Assembly: GCA_937903605.1 (NCBI GenBank)
Contig: CALCZC010000016.1
Coordinates: forward strand, 3,183 to 67,182
Origin: an uncultured bacterium
GTDB lineage: Bacteria > Patescibacteriota > Patescibacteriia > Magasanikbacterales > GWA2-37-8
Reading direction: 5' to 3'
DNA: 64,000 bases
In this document: in pieces, positions 33,530-43,124 of the stretch
Position numbering within the stretch: position 1 is the stretch's first letter
Layout: each line of letters starts with the position of its first letter
Program-made: the position numbers and the translations under genes
The notes under the pieces: generated by a model
Database searches by the model: none
What the model was told of the DNA's origin: nothing
The model's input: the letters and a program-made list of their open reading frames with translations, nothing else

Positions 33530-34674
33530 AATATATAATTTATGGAAATATTTATTCAGCAACATCGTTTTCAAATGTAATTCTTCATATGGCATACTAT
33601 TTAAGAAAATCTGGCAATGAGGTAGTTTTAAAATCAACCGAATTACTAAATGAACCTGAAGAGACGCTAATTGCTAAATATATGTCTCATATGCCCGATT
33701 CAAATGATTTATTAAAGAACTGCCTGTACAAAGACCAAAATGATTTTGATGTTGCTATATATTTCTTGGTCGATCCATTAGTCCATGCTCCAAATAAATC
33801 TATACGGGCCAAGAAACATATTTTCTATACTGTTTGGTCACATAATAACTATCCGATTAAATGGGCAGAAGCATTAAATCAGTATGATGAAGTATGGACT
33901 CCATCTCATGCTAATTCTGATGCCATTGTTAAAACTGGCAAGTGCAATAAACCTATTATTGTAATGCCACATGGATACGAACCATTGGTGTTTAATAATT
34001 TAGATAGGCATAAAAATAAGACATTTAAAATAGGCATGTGTAACTCTATATGCAACTTCAAGGGCGCTGATGTAGCCCTTGAGGCGTTTATGGAGTCATT
34101 CGATTATGGGGATGATGTTGAATTATGGCTTCAATCTACTGTGTCAGTAAGAAATAATCATGGTGATAAACATGGGCAATATTATAAAGAATACATTGAT
34201 ATACTGAATAAATATCCTGATAAGCAATTAAAAACATTCTATTATCAGAAAGACTGCAATATATCTGAAATGGCAGATTTTTATAGGTCATGTGATTTGA
34301 TATTATCTCCTCATCGTGGCGATGGATTTGGGCTTGTAGGGCTTGAAGCAATGGCATGTGGGGTTCCCGTTGTAATATCAAATTATCATGGGCCAAAAGA
34401 TTATATATCAGAGGCATATCCATATTGGTTGTGTGGCTCAATGGATTGGGTTAATCATTTTAGCAATAAACCGCATTGGCCTGATGGTGGCGATAAAGAA
34501 GAGATATACATGTTTTTCAATCCCGATAAAGAACATTTAAAAAAGATTCTATTGTCAGCTTATAGTGATTGGCAACATGATATAACATTGGAATGCAAAC
34601 AGTATTTTAAAGGACAATCATGGCAGAGCATAGTAGACTTTGTAGAGAGGTTGTGTAATGGAAAAAGTATTTAA
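33526..34674 (+). CDS. GT4-family glycosyltransferase
   Basis: HRGDGFGLVGLEAMACGVPVVISN. Confidence 0.6.
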   Translation: MKYIIYGNIYSATSFSNVILHMAYYLRKSGNEVVLKSTELLNEPEETLIAKYMSHMPDSNDLLKNCLYKDQNDFDVAIYFLVDPLVHAPNKSIRAKKHIFYTVWSHNNYPIKWAEALNQYDEVWTPSHANSDAIVKTGKCNKPIIVMPHGYEPLVFNNLDRHKNKTFKIGMCNSICNFKGADVALEAFMESFDYGDDVELWLQSTVSVRNNHGDKHGQYYKEYIDILNKYPDKQLKTFYYQKDCNISEMADFYRSCDLILSPHRGDGFGLVGLEAMACGVPVVISNYHGPKDYISEAYPYWLCGSMDWVNHFSNKPHWPDGGDKEEIYMFFNPDKEHLKKILLSAYSDWQHDITLECKQYFKGQSWQSIVDFVERLCNGKSI

Positions 34675-35290
34675 TGATATATTTTTGTATAAAGGATGGC
34701 AGGGGGAGGGGACAATTTCTGGCCCTGGCTCTACAATCGAAGCAACCAAAAATATTCGAAGATTCTTATCTAACCTTGGACAGATAAATATTATTGATTG
34801 TCCTTGTGGGGATTTTAATTGGATGAAGTTAGTGGCTGAAAAATTTAATAACTATTATGGCATAGATATTGTAAAGGATATTATCAATAATAACAATAAG
34901 AGATATTCAAAAGATAATATTTACTTTATACATGGAAGCCTTGATAATTATGATTTTTCGACCATTAATGCTGAATATATGCTAATACGAGACTGCCTAG
35001 TACATATGTCGCTTCAAGACATTATATCTGTCTTTAAAAATATTATAAAAAGTAATGCTAAAAAAATAATGATAACGCATTTTAATGATAATAGATTATT
35101 TAAAGACATTAATACTGGCGAATGGCGTCCTATAAATTTTTGTATGCCTCCATTTAATTTTCCGTCTCCACATTATTTACTTAACGAAGAGTGCAAGGAG
35201 TGCAATGGCATATTCGCAGACAAATCCATTGGAGTATGGGATATGCAAGTAATTAAAGATTTTATTGCAAAATATGATAAAATAAAGTAA
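34658..35290 (+). CDS. class I SAM-dependent methyltransferase-like protein
   Basis: IIDCPCGDFNWM (motif I-like) and YGIDIV (motif II-like). Confidence 0.45.
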   Translation: MEKVFNDIFLYKGWQGEGTISGPGSTIEATKNIRRFLSNLGQINIIDCPCGDFNWMKLVAEKFNNYYGIDIVKDIINNNNKRYSKDNIYFIHGSLDNYDFSTINAEYMLIRDCLVHMSLQDIISVFKNIIKSNAKKIMITHFNDNRLFKDINTGEWRPINFCMPPFNFPSPHYLLNEECKECNGIFADKSIGVWDMQVIKDFIAKYDKIK

Positions 35291-35313
35291 AATACATATG
35301 GAAGGTGATTTAA

Positions 35314-35883
35314 GTGAAAATATCAGTAATTACTTTTAAGGATAATATTTTAGACATTCTTGACGCTAGACGTCAATTTAAATATGACCATATCGAAGTT
35401 TATGCTCCCGCAGAAAAAGAACGCGCGTTTCGCAAACAGGCCAAAGGATCAGACGTAAGAATTAAGTTCTTGCATGAGCTGATGTATGGCAATGATATTC
35501 TGGTCTTTATTGGCTGCACAACTGATTTTATACAGAACAATATTACCAAAGGCAAAGAAGTATTAATGACCAACGATAAGGTTATTGCAGTTGGTGCGAA
35601 AGAAGTGCTTGGACCTTATATGATTGGTGGCGTATCTTATTTTAAATTTAAGCCTCTTCAGATTCTTACTAAGCCGATAGAGGTAAAGTCTGAGATAAAA
35701 ATTGAGCCAGTTAAGATAGAGATTCCTATTGAAGTTTCTATTGAAAAAATAGTTGAAGTTGGGCCTATTAAGGCTATTGTCGAAGAGCCTAAAAAAGAGG
35801 AAATTGTTATTAAGGCTGAAGCTCCTATTGAACCTCCCGTTGCAGAAGTTAAAAAGATTCTGCCCAAAAGGGGCAGAAGATAA
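35314..35883 (+). CDS. hypothetical protein with a P/E/K/I-rich repetitive tail ending KRGRR
   Basis: ORF; low-complexity (PIEV/KIE)n. Confidence 0.4.
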   Translation: MKISVITFKDNILDILDARRQFKYDHIEVYAPAEKERAFRKQAKGSDVRIKFLHELMYGNDILVFIGCTTDFIQNNITKGKEVLMTNDKVIAVGAKEVLGPYMIGGVSYFKFKPLQILTKPIEVKSEIKIEPVKIEIPIEVSIEKIVEVGPIKAIVEEPKKEEIVIKAEAPIEPPVAEVKKILPKRGRR

Positions 35884-36413
35884 TGAACAAGTTTGATAAG
35901 TATTGTGGTATGCATGCGTGGATTCCTGCGCCAAACTTATCAAATGGATTTCATGGGATTCTCTTTCAATATATTAAAGAATATTATCAAGATAGAAATT
36001 CGTTGCTTATGATTGCAGAGAATGATAATGTAAATAATATATTTGAAAGAGAGTTTCGCAATATTTCGATTAACAATAACTCATATTCGGGAAGTAAGGG
36101 CGAGCAGTTTATCGACTTGAATATAAAATTAAATTGGGAGTCTAAATTTGATTTTGTATTAAGTCAGGCTTTATTAGAACATGTCTGCCGCCCATGTATT
36201 GCTTTAGAGAATATGGTTGATGCGACGAAGATAGGCGGCAAAATAATAATACATACTCAAAATGCCCAGATGGGATATCATGCCGTACCGATTGACTGTT
36301 TAAGGTTTTTTAAAGATTGGTTTGTTGATATGCAAAAATATCTTCCAATTAAGTTAATTGCATGGAACGAATTTGGGCCACATTTGTTTTGCATGTATGA
36401 AAGGATTAATTAA
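35883..36413 (+). CDS. methyltransferase-like (FkbM/class I-like) protein
   Basis: FDFVLSQALLEHV ... GGKIIIHT; weak. Confidence 0.3.
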   Translation: MNKFDKYCGMHAWIPAPNLSNGFHGILFQYIKEYYQDRNSLLMIAENDNVNNIFEREFRNISINNNSYSGSKGEQFIDLNIKLNWESKFDFVLSQALLEHVCRPCIALENMVDATKIGGKIIIHTQNAQMGYHAVPIDCLRFFKDWFVDMQKYLPIKLIAWNEFGPHLFCMYERIN

Positions 36414-37144
36414 TGAACATTGCGGTTATAATGTGTTATTGTGGTAGGAATGAGAGATGGCTCTATCAATCAATATGCTCGTTAAAATCAGAGAAACATA
36501 ATGTTGATGTTTATTTGCATTTAGACGGATGTCAGAGGCCAGTTTCTTTTGTGTTTGCCGATAATATTAAAGTTGTTCAATCGCCATCTCGCTTAGGTTA
36601 CGCGAATGGCATTAATAAATGTGTTCTTGCAATCGCCCAGTCTGGCAAACATTATGATTATATTGCTCGAATGGATGATGATGATGTTAGCGCTGATGAT
36701 AGATTGGATAAACAAGTTGAGTTTTTAGAGCAGAACAAAAATATTGATTTTTGCGGTTGCTTGCTTACTGTTATTGATGATGCAGGAAAAGTAACGGATA
36801 ATACATGGATGGCCCAAGCAAATAATGGAATTGATTGGTCAACTCGTTTTTTAAATGGTGGTTGTTATATTGCCAATGGCACTGTAATGTTCAGATCAAA
36901 AATATTATATGAGGGACACCTTTGGTATAATCCATTGTATCTTGTAATTGAAGATTATGAACTATGGTTTAGATTATTTCGACAGGGTTATAGATACGAT
37001 GTAGTTCCAGAAAGATTGTATTTGTATAGAGTTCACGCTGGACAAGAAACACAAAGGCATTCAGAGCATAATAAGAAAATGGCAATGGCAGATGAGATAC
37101 ATCAGTTTTATGTAAAGAATTGGAGCAAGTTTTTAGTAAAATGA
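36413..37144 (+). CDS. GT2-family (GT-A) glycosyltransferase
   Basis: DxD cluster ARMDDDDVSADD and the EDYELWFRL motif. Confidence 0.55.
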   Translation: MNIAVIMCYCGRNERWLYQSICSLKSEKHNVDVYLHLDGCQRPVSFVFADNIKVVQSPSRLGYANGINKCVLAIAQSGKHYDYIARMDDDDVSADDRLDKQVEFLEQNKNIDFCGCLLTVIDDAGKVTDNTWMAQANNGIDWSTRFLNGGCYIANGTVMFRSKILYEGHLWYNPLYLVIEDYELWFRLFRQGYRYDVVPERLYLYRVHAGQETQRHSEHNKKMAMADEIHQFYVKNWSKFLVK

Positions 37145-38274
37145 GCAAAGAGCAAGAAGAAATAGATATTATAAATAAATTCGTCCAGCGTCATAAGGTC
37201 GAAGGGAATACTCCATTTAGTTATGGGAAGATATTTCATCACTTAGATGTTTTACATGAAATAAAACATCGTCCAGAAGACGTATGTCCCGTAACTCTGG
37301 AATTACATTTGACAAATAAGTGTTCGCATAATTGCTTATTCTGTATGTATAAAAAAGAGATAAGAGAAAGCAATATTTGTTCGGCAGAGATTCCGTTTGA
37401 TATAGCTGAATCTATAATAGACGATGCTGCAAGAATGGGAGTTAAGGCAATTACTTATAGCGGTGGAGGGGAGCCGACATTACACCCTCAGTTTAAAGCT
37501 ATATCTACGATTGGCAGTGACTATTCAATAGACCAGGGGTTAATTACTAATGGAAGTATGCTGCATCACAAAGATATATGTGAACATATTGTAAATAATT
37601 TTAAATGGGTTCGCATATCTGTTGATGCCGGTTCGGATTCAGTATATAAAATATTGCATGGCAACTGTTGTGATTTTAGCAAAACAATAGACGGAATTAA
37701 GCAATTATGCGTTATAAATAACAATAGAATCAAAATAGGCATTTCCTTTTTATTGACATCATTTAATTCTTGTGATATGATTAAATTGTATGATATTTTG
37801 TCTTCCATTGGCGTTGATTACCTACAGATAAAGCCCATGATTATGTCTAAAAATCAAAAAAGCATACATAACAATTATATTACACAGGCAATCGTAGATG
37901 ATATTGAGACGCTAATACAGAAGGCAGAGAAAGACAATAAGATAAAAGTATATGTATTATTCGACCAGTTTAAAAATATTATAGGCAACGAACATACTTT
38001 TGATAAATGCCATGGACATGCGTTATATCCAGTTATATCGGCGATACAGGAAATCTTTGTCTGCTGCATGCATTTACATAATGACTCAATGAAATATGGA
38101 AAAATAACTAAAAATAATTCGTTTTATGATATATGGCGTAGTAAAAAAAGATTCCAGATTGGCGACAACATTGATTTAAGCAAATGCCCAAAATTATGCC
38201 GATTGGCGAAGACAAATAACATTTTAGACATGATAGATAAAACTACTAATTTAGATATTAATTTTTTAAATTAA
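37120..38274 (+). CDS. radical SAM enzyme with C-terminal Cys-rich (SPASM/twitch-like) extension
   Basis: CSHNCLFC (CX3CX2C), SGGGEPTLHP glycine motif; C-terminal CHGH ... CC ... C ... C. Confidence 0.65.
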   Translation: MEQVFSKMSKEQEEIDIINKFVQRHKVEGNTPFSYGKIFHHLDVLHEIKHRPEDVCPVTLELHLTNKCSHNCLFCMYKKEIRESNICSAEIPFDIAESIIDDAARMGVKAITYSGGGEPTLHPQFKAISTIGSDYSIDQGLITNGSMLHHKDICEHIVNNFKWVRISVDAGSDSVYKILHGNCCDFSKTIDGIKQLCVINNNRIKIGISFLLTSFNSCDMIKLYDILSSIGVDYLQIKPMIMSKNQKSIHNNYITQAIVDDIETLIQKAEKDNKIKVYVLFDQFKNIIGNEHTFDKCHGHALYPVISAIQEIFVCCMHLHNDSMKYGKITKNNSFYDIWRSKKRFQIGDNIDLSKCPKLCRLAKTNNILDMIDKTTNLDINFLN

Positions 38275-38283
38275 GGGGGTTAC

Positions 38284-38721
38284 ATGCATTCAGTTACTCA
38301 GACAATAATAGATAAAATAAAGCGTCAGGTTACAGTTGGCACTGATACGGATGCTACTATCGCGCTTAAAATAGGCGATACTTTTGATGATATTTATAAC
38401 GATACTGGCGTTTCTTTATCATTTGTCGATGAAACTGATTATGAGATAACTCCAAGTATAGCCGGCACCGCTAACGGATCGTATCGTTTGGCGATATTCT
38501 ATAAAGTAAAGGCATATTACTTAATTAAGGCCAAGGATGCCGCTACAGCGAAAGCAGTTAGGGTTAAGTCTGGTCGCGATGAGGTTGATACAACTAAGGC
38601 AGTTGGCGGATATGAGAACTCGATTAAAGATAATGCGACTGACTATAAGAAATGTGTTAATAAGATTAATTCGGTGTTAGGCGGAAGACTTGCTGATGTC
38701 AGCGAACAGGATGAGGTATAA
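38284..38721 (+). CDS. head-tail connector or neck protein (hypothetical)
   Basis: Position; GGGTTACATG SD. Confidence 0.4.
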   Translation: MHSVTQTIIDKIKRQVTVGTDTDATIALKIGDTFDDIYNDTGVSLSFVDETDYEITPSIAGTANGSYRLAIFYKVKAYYLIKAKDAATAKAVRVKSGRDEVDTTKAVGGYENSIKDNATDYKKCVNKINSVLGGRLADVSEQDEV

Positions 38722-39257
38722 TGGCTATAGTAGAACCTGAGTTACTAACAGATGATATTATAGAAACATATCAAAGCAATATCACGGCGATCAAGCATCA
38801 ACTTGGAACGCTTGCGGATATTGTATGGAACGAAGAAGAGGTTAAATGTCCTAACTGCTTCTATGATTCTGTTAATAAATCGTCTACTGGCAGATATAGG
38901 CCATCTGGACCTATAGTGTTTACGACAGGCACTTGTCCGTATTGTTCTGGAAAGGGAATGCTGACGAATACTGGCAAACTTAGCATAAAGGGAAATGTAT
39001 TCTATCCTGGCTTATTTACACACGATAGAGAGCCTGAGCCTGGATATGTATTTGATAATCAGAACGCTAATATATCATTTTTAAAAAGCGAATGCTATAT
39101 AAGCGAAGGACAATATAGTGGTAAGCTGGTTTTTGATGTAATGAGATATATGGAGTTTGATTCCCAGAAATGGGTATTGGATGGCATGCCAATGTGGACA
39201 GGCTTAGGCGAAAGATTCGTAATAGAGGCTAAAATAAAAAGAACGAATAAGGTGTAA
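38721..39257 (+). CDS. neck/head completion protein with zinc ribbon (CPNC ... CPYC)
   Basis: Position. Confidence 0.4.
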   Translation: MAIVEPELLTDDIIETYQSNITAIKHQLGTLADIVWNEEEVKCPNCFYDSVNKSSTGRYRPSGPIVFTTGTCPYCSGKGMLTNTGKLSIKGNVFYPGLFTHDREPEPGYVFDNQNANISFLKSECYISEGQYSGKLVFDVMRYMEFDSQKWVLDGMPMWTGLGERFVIEAKIKRTNKV

Positions 39258-39258
39258 T

Positions 39259-40209
39259 ATGGCGGAAGATTTTATTAAATTTGAATCTTTTTTACGAAAA
39301 TTTCAAATGGGAAAGTTCGTTGAATTAGACCTAACTGGACTCAAGAAAGCATTTAATAAGATAAGGGGAGAGCGTGGAAGATTTATCGGCAAGTCTGCCG
39401 CTTTCGCTAAGTTATTAGAGGCTGTCAATGTTGGCAGCGAGTTCGGGATTAAAGATGTTGCATATAAGATTTATGAAGAGTATAAAAAAACTCTTAAAAG
39501 GTCAAGTAATCCAATTGTTGCATCTGTTTTAGAATCGTTGGGCGCGATATGTGAAGAGATGCAGATGAACCCTAAAAAATATTTTAATATAAAGATAGTT
39601 AAAGAAGACCAAATAGAAGTAAGAGCCAGACCGTTTAATATGACATTATTTAATAAGAGCACGATAAAAGATAGACAATCATATTATCGGCCACGCGGTA
39701 TTGTTAGAACTAAATATAAAGACTATGATATAAAGCCGCTATTCATAACAAACCCGATGTATGGCAGAAACTCGTCGCATGTGGGCATGGGCGTTTTGTT
39801 TGAATTTGGCAGGGCCAGCGCTGGCACGATTCGGCCAGGACAAGAAGCGAAGGAAACAATTTATAGAACCAAACCTAAATCAAAAGGCAAAAAACCAGAG
39901 TATCGTAAGAGAAAAATAAAAGGCTCAGAGTCGTTTGCATATTACACTGTACTGCCACAGCAATCAGTTTTAAAAGAAACCAAAAAGGGTTTAGCTTTTG
40001 GTGGACAAAAACGCGCTCTTTTGATTCCTGTTAGTTCAAGGGAATATGTTTTTAGGTCGCAATCTCGCTGGGGAAAAACAAAGGGTATGAATAAGATATA
40101 TGAACAGCAAAACGTCATTCGGGATAAATATGTTAAGGCTTTTATTGAAGCGATAGAAGTATCTTTAAAAAACTTTGGATTTAATAAATTTTCAGTAACA
40201 AGGGCGTAA
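39259..40209 (+). CDS. neck/tail completion protein (hypothetical)
   Basis: Position. Confidence 0.4.
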   Translation: MAEDFIKFESFLRKFQMGKFVELDLTGLKKAFNKIRGERGRFIGKSAAFAKLLEAVNVGSEFGIKDVAYKIYEEYKKTLKRSSNPIVASVLESLGAICEEMQMNPKKYFNIKIVKEDQIEVRARPFNMTLFNKSTIKDRQSYYRPRGIVRTKYKDYDIKPLFITNPMYGRNSSHVGMGVLFEFGRASAGTIRPGQEAKETIYRTKPKSKGKKPEYRKRKIKGSESFAYYTVLPQQSVLKETKKGLAFGGQKRALLIPVSSREYVFRSQSRWGKTKGMNKIYEQQNVIRDKYVKAFIEAIEVSLKNFGFNKFSVTRA

Positions 40210-40211
40210 AT

Positions 40212-40754
40212 ATGGAATTAAGAAGAATGGCAATAATTAATTTATGTTTTGAGGCAAAGCGTATTATTGAATCAGTAATAGGCAGAGATGATTTTACATA
40301 TTTACTTGAAATGCCAGATGATGATAAACAAATAGTATTTCCTGTTGATTATCAAGAAGGACTTAACTATAAGATGCCAGTTTGCGTTGTAGACGCAGAT
40401 TTCTTTGAGATGGAACCAGTTGAAATAGGCGGTTCTTTTTGGGATATAGCGCATGTAACAATAGACATAATATGCGTAACAAAGGCAGAAAGTATGGATA
40501 TTGCTGAAACTATTCTTAAGAATTTAGTAAGCAATCATAATTTTTATGATTTTAATGCAGACGCAGATATACCAGACATCAACGAACCCTTTGACCCAGG
40601 GCTGTTGCCGTCTACGGTATTAACTCAATGGGATGTGACGAGCGAGGAAGATTTTTCTCAATCGACACTGAAACTAACTAATTCTACAGAGCCGAATTAT
40701 GCAAAGCGATATCAAAGTACGCTTGCAGGAACTATTCGGTACATCAGAAACTAA
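40212..40754 (+). CDS. tail completion / head-tail joining protein (hypothetical)
   Basis: Position. Confidence 0.4.
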   Translation: MELRRMAIINLCFEAKRIIESVIGRDDFTYLLEMPDDDKQIVFPVDYQEGLNYKMPVCVVDADFFEMEPVEIGGSFWDIAHVTIDIICVTKAESMDIAETILKNLVSNHNFYDFNADADIPDINEPFDPGLLPSTVLTQWDVTSEEDFSQSTLKLTNSTEPNYAKRYQSTLAGTIRYIRN

Positions 40755-40774
40755 TTTAACAGGACGGTGTTAAA

Positions 40775-42109
40775 ATGAGTGTAACAACCCAAATTCAAGG
40801 CAAGGGTCAAGCGATATTCATGAACAATGATATCCTTAAAAGAGTGCAGAATGTGGACCTTGGTGCAGACTTGGCAGTTGAAAACATAGAAGAACTCGCA
40901 AATGCGGGCTATGTTGAAAAACTTGCCGATCTTCCTAAAGTTTCCGTTTCAATAGAAACTAATGATGTTGGCTCGATGGCAAACTTAGTGCTTCTGAAAA
41001 GCGGCACCCAGCTTCCTTCGACCCCGACTGCTTATGGCGTTAACAGAGGTACGACTGGTATATATGTAGGAACTTATTCGGGCAACGATGTTGTCACGAT
41101 GTTAGACCCTACTTATGACCTCGACCATCAAAAATGCCCTTCGTTTGTATTTAAAATAAGCGAATTTAATAACACTACGCTCGACAGAAGCTGCCACTTA
41201 CAGGGAACTTATCTCGATGCAGTAGAATTTGCATATGAGGTTGGCGGTCTCGCAAAAGAAAACTATCGTTTCTCTGGCGACCATAAAGTATGGTATTTCG
41301 GCACGAAGAAAGATATAGCGCTTGATTTCGCAACTTATTCGGATGCTTCAAATGCAACGACTACGGTTAATATGACTACTTTAGGTCTTACGCTTGAAGC
41401 AGTATTCCTTAATAAAGAAGAAATATATAATGATGCCAAATCATTAGATACTTATTCGATAACTTGGGCTGGCACTACGCTTACGGCTGGCACTGGAACT
41501 CCGTTCCTCTCTGGCGACCGTATCGAAGTGGTTTACAGCTACAATACTGCTCGCGAATTCCCGAAACTGAATACGACTAATACTGGTACTCGCGGTGGTC
41601 TTCGCAGGGGTTGTATCAAAGTGTACGCATGGAAAAATGGCGATACTGGCGATAAAGAAAAATTACTCCGTTGCCAGAGCGTAAGCGGTTCGTTAGATTT
41701 CGGCAGACAGGAAATATACGAACTTGGCACTCAGCGCTACATCGATAAACCAACTACTTATCCGCTGAATGTTAGATTCGACCTTACCTTCAACCAGGCC
41801 GATCTTAAAACGATGGCAATAGCACAGGGTAAGTTCGCATCTGGCGCCTCTCCCAATTGGGAAGATGGAACTCTGACTACTATGGATGTTAAAGACTTCA
41901 TAGATAATTGCGACGTTCAGGTTGAAATCTACAAAGACGCTCATACTGCAACCGCGTCTACCCTCGCTAAAACGATAACTTTTGCTAACTGCAAAATAGT
42001 TACCGAAGGCGACTCGGCGCGTGTTGGCAATACGGCTGGCCAGTGGAGAGCAACCCTTCAGACTGATAACATCGTATGGTCTGGAAGCGGCAATAATCTC
42101 GATAGCTAA
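40775..42109 (+). CDS. major tail protein (siphovirus-type)
   Basis: 444 aa, immediately before the G/GT chaperones and the tape measure; strong terminator after it. Confidence 0.45.
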   Translation: MSVTTQIQGKGQAIFMNNDILKRVQNVDLGADLAVENIEELANAGYVEKLADLPKVSVSIETNDVGSMANLVLLKSGTQLPSTPTAYGVNRGTTGIYVGTYSGNDVVTMLDPTYDLDHQKCPSFVFKISEFNNTTLDRSCHLQGTYLDAVEFAYEVGGLAKENYRFSGDHKVWYFGTKKDIALDFATYSDASNATTTVNMTTLGLTLEAVFLNKEEIYNDAKSLDTYSITWAGTTLTAGTGTPFLSGDRIEVVYSYNTAREFPKLNTTNTGTRGGLRRGCIKVYAWKNGDTGDKEKLLRCQSVSGSLDFGRQEIYELGTQRYIDKPTTYPLNVRFDLTFNQADLKTMAIAQGKFASGASPNWEDGTLTTMDVKDFIDNCDVQVEIYKDAHTATASTLAKTITFANCKIVTEGDSARVGNTAGQWRATLQTDNIVWSGSGNNLDS

Positions 42110-42113
42110 TTGC

Positions 42114-42142
42114 TTGACATTCGTAATTTAATACGATAAAAT
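42114..42142 (+). promoter_or_regulatory. sigma-A promoter TTGACA-17-TAAAAT
   Basis: Direct reading. Confidence 0.45.
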
Positions 42143-42188
42143 GGTAGTGATGGTAGAGTAATTTCTGCTGTCACTATCATTTTTTTTA
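42141..42188 (+). terminator. rho-independent terminator (13-bp stem with G-U pairs followed by T8), overlapping the promoter -10 and start site
   Basis: AUGGUAGUGAUGG ... CUGUCACUAUCAU then UUUUUUUU. Confidence 0.5.
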
Positions 42189-42200
42189 GGAGGATTCCAA

Positions 42201-42878
42201 ATGGAAGAAATTAAGGTAGCACAACAAGAAGCGAAAGACATGGAGCAGATGGCAGAATCGAAGGCAGTATTAACTAATGGCGCTAAAGAGTTTACTTTTG
42301 ATGGCACTAAAGTGTATGTAAGGTTTCCTCGTTTAAAGGAAAAGAATCAGCTTGATAAAGAATATTCGTTAAAATATCTTAAGATGGTTCGCGATAAACA
42401 GTTCCCTACGATGAGAGCATGGAAAAAAGAACTGGAAGTCAATGGCATGTGGACTCCCGAGGATGAAAACGAATTTATCGAAAGCCAGAAGATGTATATG
42501 GAATCATATAAAGAATGGTATTCGTTTCCATACGATCAGAGATTAGATAATCCTGCATTTGATGATGCAGATAAAAATTATACTCAGGCGACGATTAACT
42601 ACATGAAATTATTCACTGAAAGAGAGAGCATGTTCGCTCATACGATTGAGAAGATATTAGAAAATGAACAGATCGTAAAACAAGTTATAATGTGTGTATT
42701 TAAAGATGAAGGATTTAAAGAACCTTTATTCAAAGACGAAAATGACCTTGAAAATTATCCCAATGGCGAGGCAGTAGTATCTCTTGTAAGAGATTGCACT
42801 ACCTTCTGGATGGGAGTTGGTGAGCGTTTTTTAGAGCAATTGCCCGCGAACATATCTGGCAACGCAAGTACGAATTAA
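42201..42878 (+). CDS. tail assembly chaperone (gpG-like)
   Basis: Acidic 225-aa protein upstream of the tape measure; slippery site near its 3' end. Confidence 0.55.
   Translation: MEEIKVAQQEAKDMEQMAESKAVLTNGAKEFTFDGTKVYVRFPRLKEKNQLDKEYSLKYLKMVRDKQFPTMRAWKKELEVNGMWTPEDENEFIESQKMYMESYKEWYSFPYDQRLDNPAFDDADKNYTQATINYMKLFTERESMFAHTIEKILENEQIVKQVIMCVFKDEGFKEPLFKDENDLENYPNGEAVVSLVRDCTTFWMGVGERFLEQLPANISGNASTN
42827..42833 (+). promoter_or_regulatory. -1 programmed ribosomal frameshift heptamer T TTT TTA in the chaperone frame
   Basis: The -1 frame is open from 42824 through 43099; canonical X XXY YYZ site. Confidence 0.55.
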
Positions 42879-43099
42879 CTCGTAAAGACTTAGGCAGTAT
42901 GTTTGATGGGTGTGTCTCAGAATGGGATTTGAATAAAACGCTATTCTTAAGTTGGTGCAAGTTTTACTATGATTTAAGAGAAATGAGTCCTAAAGAAAGG
43001 CCGGCTCCAGATGTAGTCGAGAATGACTATGAATTGGATAGGCACATGGACGATATAATAAATAAACGGAAAGTCGAAGAGTTCAAAGACAAATTCTGA
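42833..43099 (+). CDS. T-extension of the G-T tail chaperone fusion, reached by the -1 frameshift (track ORF 42899-43099 is its ATG-delimited tail)
   Basis: Frame arithmetic: 42899 is 2 mod 3 relative to 42201; the reading frame is open upstream back to the slippery site. Confidence 0.45.
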   Translation, partial: RAIAREHIWQRKYELTRKDLGSMFDGCVSEWDLNKTLFLSWCKFYYDLREMSPKERPAPDVVENDYELDRHMDDIINKRKVEEFKDKF

Positions 43100-43124
43100 G
43101 AAACGAAAGGACGGAAAGGGACAT

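Noticed and set aside
40775-42109. The 444-aa protein as a myovirus tail sheath
   Set aside because: There is no tube-sized gene between it and the G/GT chaperones. The gene order fits a siphovirus major tail protein better.
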